Positions 14,901 to 26,900 of a stretch of DNA of 64,000 nucleotides are shown here, in pieces (position 1 is the first letter of the stretch; each line of letters starts with the position of its first letter). A program made the position numbers and the translations under genes. The notes under the pieces were generated by a model. That model saw nothing but the letters and a program-made list of their open reading frames with translations. It made no database searches and was not told the origin of the DNA. This DNA comes from Oculina patagonica (taxonomy: Eukaryota). Location of the stretch: NCBI RefSeq assembly GCF_052425735.1, contig NC_135771.1:5580001-5644000 (forward strand), written 5' to 3'.

Positions 14901-17900
14901 GACCAGGTACCCCAGTTGCCATCTTGTGCGGTACCAACTAGTGAAGAAACCATGATTAAGCAGCATTTTAATCGAAGAAAGTTTTACAACGCTTTTATTT
15001 AATCTTTTCAATATCAACTGAAGTTAAATGAAAGCTGTTGAGCAATACTTTCATATGTTGGCTGTTCTTATTAAGTACTAGTGTTGCAACACTTGCAAAT
15101 CTCGTTTAAGATTATTTTGATTTTGAACTCAAAAACATGTTCTCTCGGGAGTAAACGAGCTAAAGCGGTGTCAAAGTGTAACTGCCAATATGGGAGAAAA
15201 AATGTGAGTAATTAAGGCAGTAACTACAAAGCGAACAGTAACTATTGTTAATGAACGTTGGAATATAAAAGCCTAACAATTTATTCACTGTTCAGTTTCA
15301 GTGAGAAGCACATCTAAAAAAGACTATTAATGTTAAATTATCGGACAAGTTTCGTAGTTTACATTTTCAGTGGTCGTCACAGGATTTTTTATTCGTTCGT
15401 TATTTCACGTTGGCATCCACGCCCTATTTACACAGCCACAAAAATGAGAACGGAAGACAAACCTTTGTCACAAGCCGATGCGGGATCGAAGCCATCTTCA
15501 CAGGCGCATTGGCCACTGTTGGTACAAAACTAAAGGATAAGAAAGGAATAAAACAATTTACTTTGAGGCGAGAAGAAATTTAGGTTAATAATGATCATGA
15601 TATAAAAGAAGAAGCTAAGACGTGCAGTCTCTGAACAGCCAGGAAAACAAGACAAACTCACTCCGCGTCCGGCACATTCTTTTCCTTTAACGACTCTGCA
15701 TTTCTTTCGTTGTATTTGTTGGCATCTGTTCTCCTTGCAAACCTGCAAGGCGAGTGTGCTGTAGTGATATTATAGTTAAAAATGGCGTTCATAGGAAGAA
15801 CAACTGTATTCTTTTCATCCATTTGCCAACGGTAAATAAAATTAGCAGAAGACCGCCCTCGTGGACCACCTTTTCTTACTGATTTTCACATTTTTTTTAC
15901 GTTTATTCAGAGGATTTGCAATTGGCGTTAACTAGACTGCAAAACAGTCGTATCTTTAGCGAACGCGCTCGGGCTTCGAACGAGAGCGAGAGGTCTGGAG
16001 CCCATGTCAAAACGACCCGGCGCTTCGCGCCTTCGATAAGCGCTTTTTCCAACGACTTTAAAGAAAAAACGACTGTTTTGCAGTCTAGCGTTAACCGGAT
16101 TTTCAACGAGGTCTTTCAATCCAACATACAGAGCTCAGCAAAGTTAACATTTCTTTGAATGGTTAATAAAATACCAGCTTATGCTATATAACATAATTAT
16201 TATTTTAGAATGGTTCACGTCGCTTAACTTACCATTTCGTATAACACACACTTCATGTCTAGGAACTTACACTGTCAACCACCGCCTTTGTTTGTAGACG
16301 CGGTTCGGGGGGGCGCCCCGCTTTTTTTCTATTGGACGGGCGCCCGGGTGGGTGAAACAAAAAAAAATTACACTGTTGCATTTGACCTTGATGTTACCGT
16401 ACCTGATTTTCTCCACACTTTGTTCCTTCTTTAACCATTCCTAACCCAACAAAATCACTTTGATAATTGAGCTTGGCGATGCTGAAACGATATAACCATA
16501 TCTAAATTCAAATGTACTCTCAATTTTTCTACATTTATAAATTTAGAAAGAGGATAATAAAGTAACGATTTGGATCATTATTACTGAGAAAATTGTGAAT
16601 CAAGTCTTAATCACCTATGTCAATGTAACATCTAACATTTATATTTGCACTGATTAACATGATTAAGGGGCACTGATTTGAGGGGCATATCTTGTTGTTG
16701 CAAAAAGTGCTGTTGGTTAACTAGGTATTGTACTATGGTTTGGGTATTATATCTCTCTTTTGTATCCTTTGTTTTCAAATCATTTGATGATCGCATCATT
16801 CGCAATGCCAAGAAACTGCCGATTTGAGCTTCTCTGCAAAAGCCTCCCAAAGTCCAACCCTACGTCCTCGTCGTGGGAGGCGATAACGGGTAATGCCGGC
16901 TAACAGGGCAAACTGTGCGCGGGGTTAGATCCCACCGCAGGACATGGAGGTGGTCCCCAGGAAATAGCTGGACTAATTATTGCCCAGGAAACAAATAGAA
17001 AAACACCAATACATGAGCTGTGCGGCTCGTTACCAGAACTGGATATCTGACGAGTCTATAGTTACCGTGTTGTATTGGTACTTGTTATATCCAAAATAGT
17101 TTCCAGGTAGAGAAGAATCACTAGAAAGACATCGGGCGAGGTGGAAAGAATTATAAGAGACAGAAAAAAGTCCCCGGGCGGGGGGGGGGGCGTACTCCCT
17201 ATAATGGCCTATACGAGGAGGCATCCGCCCGAAAGGGGTACCTTTTTCATGCTTCAGGTATATAAAAGGGTAGGGATTTCACAAATTTGGGTATATGAAA
17301 GGGTAGGGAGATTAGGTATTTAAAAGGGCCTTCAATCAAAATATTTCGAACAGACGCACCTTATGGATGTAGCAGTACATTTATTAAACGCTACATAAAA
17401 ATGGAATCAAGATTCTTGTTTCAGGCATATGTCGTGTCTTTTCAGTAGATGAAAGGGGTACCTTTTTTCAGTAAAAGGTATACGAAAGGGGTGCCTTTTC
17501 TGTGAAAATCGTATATAAAAGGGTAAGGGGTTGGACCTCGGGGCGGAGCCTCCCCGTACAAAAATTTTTTAAGTAGTCCCCCCCCCCCCCACCCCGGGAC
17601 AAAAGTTTAAAACACTTGTCTCCATATCATTAACCACAAAGGCGTAGTCGTTTCCTGTTCACGCGCCGCTCGCGTTCTCAAAAAGAAAAACACTCCCTCA
17701 CAGGAAACACAGGCGTTCAGAGGACAAGAATGATAAAAAAGTAAAAAAATCTTGAAATACCTGCACTGAGCCCCAGTAGGATGAGGTATCGTCTTGTATT
17801 CGACGCCATAGTCAACATCTGGCCTCTGTCGCACGCTGTCTGTGCACTGGATTTGTCCGCACATAACATCTCTAAAATTATAACATTTAAAAACTAACTC

Positions 17901-20900
17901 CATATGCATGAAATTATAGGTGGCATTATTTTCTCTTGGTGACACAGTGATCTAATGGCTAAGGTGCTGAACAACGGCTAGAAAAGCCCCAAGTTAGGTC
18001 TTTGTGTTGTGCTCTTGGACCTTGGGCAGGACATCCTTGAGTCTCTTGGGCCCCGAAGCCACGAAAAGGCTTCACTTTACTTATACAGTTGTATGGTTTG
18101 GTTATTACAAATTCCAAAACTAGAAATTACTACAAAAAAGCGACAACTGATCACTGCACGTAATCTTCCACGGCCGAATTTGATTGGTAAGTTAGGTTTA
18201 TTGTAACGCTGTTTTAACATATATTTAACAAGAGCAAGTTGTAAACTGCTGTGACGTCAAAATAAGCGTACAAAATAAATGCCTCAAAATTAAAAAAAAT
18301 TAAAAGCTTGCCTTCGAGTAGAAAACATTGTCATATTCGTTCAATAGACTACCGCTAACAAAAGTAGCTCTGTAACTACACTATTCAATCTTCAATAAGT
18401 TTCTGTTATTTAACAAAATTCGTTTTTATTCATCAGCTGACCTTTTCGCACAGGGGCGAGGCTTTGCGGCATTGCATGTCCCGTAAGGCGTTCGTTCTGA
18501 GTTATATTTGTCCCAGCATACCTTCTCGGCTGAACGGGCGGCTTCAGACAGACCAGAATACAAGTTAGGACGAAGGCGTGCTACCTTTCTGCCACGCGAG
18601 GGAAGTAACATATTTGCATTTAGCTGCTTTGCAGCTTAGTTACTGGTCGTAGGTCATGGTTATCAGAAAATAAATGTTACTTCGTAACTCTTTCAACACG
18701 CACTGAACATTCAAACTTTAGAAAACCAAACATTTAGCCTGGGACTTCTGTCCTGTGAACTCTTTTACTCTATAACCGTCCCCTCGTTTGAGACACTTCC
18801 TTCTTTAGATTTAATGTGCGTTTTTTATTCACAATCCTGGAATGAGAATGGCCAGAATGTAAATGCGTGCGTTTTTTATTTCGCATTCTTGTTCCGGAAT
18901 GGACAGAACGCCATTCCATCCATGAACAGCATGTTGCGAATGAAAATCCAAGATGGCGGACGGCGTATCCCGTGATTTGAGGGATGTGTCTCCTCTCCTT
19001 TGTAAATAGCCCTGCCAGACCATTCGGTAAATCCATTACAGTCTCCATACTTTCTTCCTCCTCCTTATTTAAGAGAAAAGTTGTTGCGATAATGGCTGCA
19101 ATGGCAGCCTCTTCGTCGGCCGCCATGGGCGACTACATGGGCGTTTTTTAATGCAGGCAATCCGAATTATTCCTAGCAATCTGTACCAACCATTCTTATT
19201 CCAGAATTGTGGGTTAAGAAACGCGCCCTTAGATTGTGGGTAGACGCAACTTCCCTAAGTTCTAAGTTCCTTGGGCCGTTTTGGAATAACTATTTAAGAA
19301 AACGAAATATTTCTCCGCCAACTGTTCCTCTTCAGTGTCCGGCTTGAATAATGATGATTAAGCAAATTTTACTTTTAGCTACTAATCCTCACAATTCATC
19401 AGTTATATGATACTTACTTCCGCCCCACAGATCAGAACATTGGGTGTCCAGTGTGTCGGTACACTTGCCGAGGTGACAGTAAGACTGGAAAAGATAAAAA
19501 CACACACTTACTTCTGAAGAGCAAACAATCGATCGATCAGTAAAACAGTGAGTAAGTGAGAGAGTGAATAAGCGAGGGGAAGTGAACGAGTACATAAACG
19601 AAAGGACAGATGGACCGAAGAGTAAACGAGAGAGTAAGCGAGTCATTTGGTAAGTCAAACGGTCGGCCAAATAGACAGTCGTCAATCAGTTAAGAATCAA
19701 TCAATCAATCAATCAATTATGTATTTACGTATCGAAGCGAGTAAGTGATCTAGTAGCAAACAGTCAGGGAAATGAGCGTTACAGACAGCGTACGCGTATT
19801 ATGCAAAAAGCATTCCTGCATGGGGAATAAAGAAAGGCCTTTACGTGGCCTCGCATTAACCTTTCTCGTTCCCGGCGAAATTATCATGAACTAGAGCAAA
19901 TTCAACAGTGTTCAACAAAAAAAAAACGCTGCACGGTAGGAATACACTTGCTCACTCACTCATCCTCTTCGCTCCTATTAGTGGAGCATAAGGTTGGAAA
20001 CGTAAGGAAAACACGAAGAGAAAACTTTACAACTAGAGACTCTTACATTAGCCTCTAGTTTATCTCCGCCCTCACTGTACGCCTTCCACTGTTTTCCATC
20101 TTGACTGAACCAAAGGTAATACCCTTCAACTAGATTCCATTCTTGTCCCTGCATCGCTACTCGTGTCACCATCTGAACCTGTGTAACCATACAAAAGTAC
20201 CAATTAAAGAATCTTTCCTACCTGTTGTTGTGGGAGGCGCGATGGCCTAATGGTTTGTGCGCCGGACTCCAGATCGAGCGGTTCGGGTTCTAGCCTGCGT
20301 GGCCGGCGTTAAAGGGGAAGGAGAAGGGGAGTTCGAGCGCGAGGTGCGAGGAGAGAGCGCGAAGCGCGATCGGAGAAGGGGGAAGGGGAACGCCTGCCCT
20401 GACGCTATTGTTTTTGTCGTTTTTTACGTCCAGATTCTGGACGCAAAAATCGTGATTGGTCAGAATTTAAAGAGTGTGAAAATTGATTGTTCTGATCAGT
20501 CAGATGTATGTCATTCAATCGATTAATTTGATGGCTGTGGTTTGTTCTCCACTTTCATTCAATGCAGAGGAATACAATGGCGAATGTTATGACTGAGCGA
20601 TTTCTCTGCGAAGCGGTTGATTCTTTGAAAGAAATCGGCCGTTGTAGGATTTAGTATCAAACTACTGAATTTGCGAAAAAATTATAACAAGTTAATTATA
20701 AAGTTGTTTGGGTCACGGCCGGTTGCAATCCGACGCCATAAACTCCAGCACCGGAAACGCTGCTTGATTGAAATAGATGTTCTCTCAGTCTCATAACGGC
20801 AACTTTCGTAACAAATCCGCAGTTGAAGGGTGCAAGGAAGATATATCTGACCTGATCTACCATGAAAAGATTTTGTTTTGCCATATTTCTGACAAGAAGA

Positions 20901-23900
20901 CGAGAAGAAAAGAATTAGATAGGCAATTCAAATGGTGAAGGGTTTTATTCTCCGCGAAAATCGGCACCAATCAGATTGGATAATTTTGACAGCCAGACGT
21001 AAAACAGAGGGCAAGCAGATGACAAGTACTTTAGGGGCGGTATGAAAAAAACAATAGCGTCAGGGCAGGCGTTCCCCTTCCCCCCTTCCCCGATCGCGCT
21101 TCGCGCTCTCTCCTCGCAACTCGCGCTTCGCGCTCGAACTCCCCTTCTCCTTCCCCTTTGAACGCCGGCCACGCAGGCTATTCGGGTTCGAGCCCTGGCC
21201 GGGGCACTGCGTTGTGTTCTTAGTCAAGGCACTTTACTCTCATAGTCCCTCTCTCCACACAGGTGTATAAATGGAAACCGGCGAATCCAGGGGGGGAGTA
21301 GTAAGACTACTAGCCGCTTAATGCTGCAGAAACCGGGAAAAGCTCGAGCTCCGGCCTGATGAGCTACTTGGTTCGAAAGCATGCTTAATCTTTTTTGCCT
21401 GATGTTGGAACAACAAGACTAAAAATGTCATTTTGCCACGTTTTTGTTAGACTGTCCACAGCCTCTCGATTTTTCAACGCAAAAAAGCAAACGAAGCGAG
21501 CGCGAAGCGCGAGCGCGCGGCGGGTGAGGGGTGCTCCCCGCCCCCCACCCCCTTGCTTCTTCCGTTTTGCGCTGGCGTCCAGTTTTCTCGCCGTTCTTAC
21601 CGTGCGCTCATCGATCGAAAAAAACACGAAAAAATAGAGGGGTGGACAGTCTACGTTTTTGTGTATTAAGCGTCGACTCAAGACAAATATTTTTTGTGTG
21701 CAAAGTCTATTGTGCTCAGTTCTCAAATGGTAAATTTTAAAGGTTTTAGAATTTCAAACGCCAGATGATATTTTTGCCCACAACTCCGAATCTCTAAAAC
21801 GGACACCTTTGGGACCGGCTCCAACTGTTCGTCCTAGTAGAGGTGTCCGTTAAAAAAGAGTTGACTGTATTAACAAAGAAAAGCATTATACTTGTCCAAG
21901 GTCGATCTGTAGATATTCGTCTTTATCGCTTTTATCATCTGGGTTACCACACCAGGCTTTTCGTCCATTAAGTCGAGCATATTTAGGCAACCACTGAGCA
22001 CTGAGAGTAGATGAAGCCGTCAGCTGGTTGTCTTTTATGTTACCATTCATGATACCAAGAGATAGGGCGCAATCTGAAGTGCATGGAATTGCGTAAATAG
22101 AAAAGTTGATCAAAACACCACCTAACATTTTCTCTTGTTTTCATGACTGTTAAGAGATTATAAAGCAGTGACATAAGAAAGTAACCCCCTCCTTACACCC
22201 CTCCCCGTCAGTTGAACAACATAATAAGCGAAAAATCACCACTATCGTCCCTATCACCCGCCCAAATCTCCATAAGATTTGTGTCTATAAAAAACATGTC
22301 CGAAACTTGCCTCCTTTGGACGTCGTTGCTAAAAGTTTAGTTTCTTAAACTTTCTTTCTTTCTTAAACATTTCTTACGTTCTTAAGCTTAAAAGCCATAT
22401 TACCATAGTATTAAGCTATATGAAGACCATGTATAGTAGGGCTTACCTTGCTTCATGAATGTGACTTTAGTACGTTCTTCGTCACATCCTTGCCATAGAC
22501 AACATTCAACTCCTTCTCGAGGTGCCATTCCATACAGATGAAGACACATACCAGTCGGTTTGTGGCGTAAAGAATGAGCTACATTAAAATAAACAATGTT
22601 CACAAATTTAGAACAAACAAAGGTAAGCATTAAGGAAGAAAAAAATAAATCGTACGAATGTTTGTGCAAATTTATAAGGCTTAAAATTAAAGGTACAAAT
22701 TTAGCTACAAATTTTAAAAGGTACAATAATTTAGGCTACAAAGTTTTGTACAAATGTAAGTCCAAATTTAGAATACAAATTCAGGTACAAATTCAAGTCA
22801 AGGCACAAATTACAAGATACAAATTTAGTTCTCAAACTCATTAATAATTCATCAAGTTAAACAAAGAAAATCATAACCGTGAAGGAGGTTTAGATACCCG
22901 GTCTTAATTAGCATAGATCAGTTTTAAGGATTTTATTTCTCCGTTTACTCCGTAGTTTTTGTCTCGATCGAGAAGATATATCAAACAGTGTTCCATCGGC
23001 TATCCAAACACCTCGAATTTCGTCAAAAATACTTCGTTGCCTGTCATATTTTCAACACTCTTTTCCGTGTTTGGATATCCCGATGAAACACTGTCTCGCG
23101 TGCTATATATATCACGTACAAAATACGTACAAATTTTAGAAATCGTACCTGCAGTTCTTTCAAATTTAGCGTCCTGTGGTTGGCATTTGCTGCTAATCAT
23201 AAGCTCGCATCTTTTTCCTCGAGCTGGTTTACGCGGGCACACCATTTTTCCACTGCAGTGATGTTTAAGGGTGCCATCCGCCGACAAAGTAAATTGCATG
23301 AATGGTTGATTACACGGCTTGGTTTGAGTGAGCACAAGAATGGTTCCGTCAGGCGGCTGGCAGTTCCCTCTCTGAGGCTTGATGCACATTCCGCTTGCTT
23401 GTAAGAGAGGTGTTGGTGCTGAGGGTTGGGCTGCGAGCCGGTTGTACCAAACATGAGTGGATGCGAAACTTTTCAATTCACGTATAATAAAACCAGACTT
23501 TTTTTCTTAAAGGGACTATGTCACGGGGATTTTGTAGTTTTTTGGTCTTAACTGTTTTGAAAAGTGGTAGGCAACTACACCCATGAAAAAAGACATTATC
23601 TTTGAACATTAAACGGAAGTTATAACCTTTATTTGGGGATTAAAATCAAACTTTCGACTATAAAACGAAAACGTTTTAAAAATGCAATTCTTTTCCATCC
23701 AATTAAAGCCATCCGCAGCCAAACGCACTTCAAACAGTTTAAGTGCTCTAAAATAGCAAGTATTAATAAAAATGGATCATTATTTTTAGGTTCCCTACGA
23801 CATAAATGTAAATTTGGGCAGTTCAAAAATCTGTTAAAATCCATGACAAAACCCCTTTAACAGTTAGACAGTTATCTCACCTTGCTCTCCCGAACAACCA

Positions 23901-26900
23901 TACAATTCTGTCTTAAGGCACATCAGTGAATAACTCCAGTATTGAGGGTTTATCCTGAAATACCGCGCCTCGATTGGTGGATTTAGCACGGTGTTCTTAG
24001 TTTGGTCTTTGCTTGTTGGACCGACAAGAAGCTACGGAACATAAAAAGATACCAGAAATTATAAAATCCAACAGATATATATTTTTCTTCAGCGTGACTT
24101 GCTTGTCTGTAGCATAATCATATAATTCAAACATTGTATAATGTCTAGAAAATAGAAAGCTATCAGGTTTTGTTAAGCCCAATAAAACTTTTTTTTTAGC
24201 GAGATTGGTAAGTCATGTACATGTGCACGGTGTTATATTCCTCAAATTGTAAACATTCCACCATTTTGTGCAGTTGCTTTTTCGTTTGTTATCAGCCGGA
24301 GTACATTCGTAACAGCAATCAAACAAAATCAGAAACACGTAAAAATGTGATGACAACTATATATTTTCTAGGAAAATTATCCAAATATTTTTTTCTTGCA
24401 AGAAAATGCTTTGAAAATGTAGTGCCGGACTTATTACGGTGTATTTACTTAATGCTATTTGCAGCCGAACAGGAAAGCAATGATACTAAAATAAACGTAA
24501 AGTAGGGAACTCTCATATCCATAGGCATGTATAACAAAATTTATAAAAAACTCATGTTTAAAGAGCTGTTACCTGTCCTTTGCTGTTACAGGGATATCCG
24601 TCATGGATAAACGAATCCGCAGGGCACTACAGTATATAGACAAAACTTCATTATCAGCGAGCATATTACTTAAATTTCTTCCTAACGAAAGCGACAACAA
24701 TTACACGTCATAAAAACCATAATTTGTGCATGTCGGTGACGTATTTATTTACTTACATCTCCACTATCCCCTGGGCAATACTCTGGAACATCACAGTCGC
24801 CTTCACTAGCTCGACACAAGATGCCGTGAGGTTTAAACTGCAGTGAAAATAACGCCGACGAATAAAATATATTTAAGTCGTAGTTTGTGAGAGGACCCCT
24901 CCACCAACTATGTGTCAATCAATGTGTAATTATTGAGCGTCAGTGTGGTCACTGTAGGTGTCGCTAAGCATTATCCCTTAAGTAATGCCATAGGAAACTG
25001 CGCAACATGTCTAGTTAGTGAAAGTGGTGCCCTGGGAAGACTCGGGTACAAAAGGAGAGGAGCTCTTATCTTTTAGGGGTTCAAATCTTTGGCTTGATAC
25101 CACTTAGGGTGGTTAAATCTATAATGACAACCTTTTGTTCTACCTCAGTACCGTGTAGGGGATTAAACCAGAAAAAAATATGACAAGAACAATCCGTCGT
25201 TTTAGAACTGGTTTCTGGTGTGAAAACTTTCAATCACTGATGCAGATGCATCTATATCCCGGTATTCGCTTACAATCGCACTGTAAAACGTGAAGAGATA
25301 GAGGAGAAGGGAATATCAATAAGTGCGGTGGCTCCCCTTTAGATCCCCTGATCCCCACCTCCACGCCCCCCCCCCCCCTGGGGAGAAAAGAAGGATGAAA
25401 ATGAATTCAAGCCACGCCTCAAGTAGACATTTTGCTAACTTTCGGGGATTACTTTCAAATTTTCGGCGACTACCCCGTCACGTTTATATCACTAAATACC
25501 AGGACGTTTTTTTTCCTACTCCATGCTGCGCGTTTTGAAAGATCAAACTTAGCGCGCTGTCAACAAATCAATTTCTCAGTAATGTTTTATGGTAAGAAAA
25601 ACGTGATGCCATGAATGTATACCAAACTCACCACACATTCTTGACAGCAGCCATGATTCAGCACACTACACTGTGAGCCGGGCTTCAGCTTGCAGCCTTT
25701 GGGTTCACAACACGGATCTAACTCCAGGCAATCCTGATAAAGAAACAGACTGATCAATAATCACGTGACTAAAATAACAAACATCTATCACGTCATTTTC
25801 AGTGAAATACCAAAAAGAATCGCGGGTCTCAGCCTTCACATACTAGGAGTATAATTCCAAACCCGCAGAGAGAATATATGACGCAAATCAACGTTGTGTT
25901 TTAATGTAAAAGCGCGATTTCTGGTCTGCTATCTGTTATTTTTTTTCATGTTTTTAGCATTGCATAAAGACAAATTTCAGATGTAATAACCTTGAAAGAA
26001 TTAATGTGTTCACCTCTTCAGTTCCGCAATCACATTCCTCTCCTTGTTCCACGAGTCCATTCCCGCATCTTGGTCTTAATTCCTGAAATAGTGAGAGAAA
26101 AAAATAGAAAACTTATAGTGCATCTTGCTAAATTTAGCTCACATATCATCTAGACTTATTTTGTGTCCGTATCCCCTCCCCCCAAGTGTTTCTATCTTTG
26201 TTCTAAATAAGACTAAGGCAAGGTCAGTTTGGAAAGTAATGACCACCTCCCCCCACCCAACGAATTCCCTTACCACCTCCTCCCTACCACCTGCTGTATT
26301 CCCTAACCACCCCTCCCCACCCTAGAAGGTAGAAATATATGACTGATCTGAAAGTAACGAGGGTGGTTACCATCGGAAGTTAACGGCATTGAACCCGTAT
26401 TGTTACTCCCTTTGGCGGTTTTATTTCTTTTTTATTTTTTTTTTTCCACCTTTCAACCCTTTCAATAGCAATTTTTTTGCATATTGAAAAAAAAATTGTT
26501 ATCGTGACATTGGTCCATAAAAGGAAGTTAAATCGGTAATGAAAATAACTCAAGTGTCATCAATTTTTATCACGAACGACCTTTGCGCGAGTTGAGTCAC
26601 ATAAAGTTGGGTGTAACGCATGCAGTAGAAATTCTAGCTTCAAACGTGGACGAACTTTACATTGAAATTTCGTTTTGAAAGCGACGTCAAATAATTAAGT
26701 GACTTATTTGTCACGAATCAAGCGAAAACAGCGATTGAGCTGCTGGTGATTGTAATATTTTAAACTCCAGATATAAACACTTGTTGCACAGCCGTGCAAA
26801 CATTCCTGAGATATCGGTTGCAGTCGGGGTCCCGCTCTTATCATTAAACTGTATATTCAGACATCGGAGTGAATGTCCTTGGTTTTGACTCAATAACAAA

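Noticed and set aside
16233-16271. Possible 39-nt phase-0 exon (CKFLDMKCVLYEM)
   Set aside because: It would interrupt the conserved CGENQ-VC motif and has a weak acceptor.
21340-21385. CTGATGAG..CGAAA resembling a hammerhead core
   Set aside because: Stem II does not pair in the required register and there is no stem I partner; it is the 3' hairpin of the SINE.
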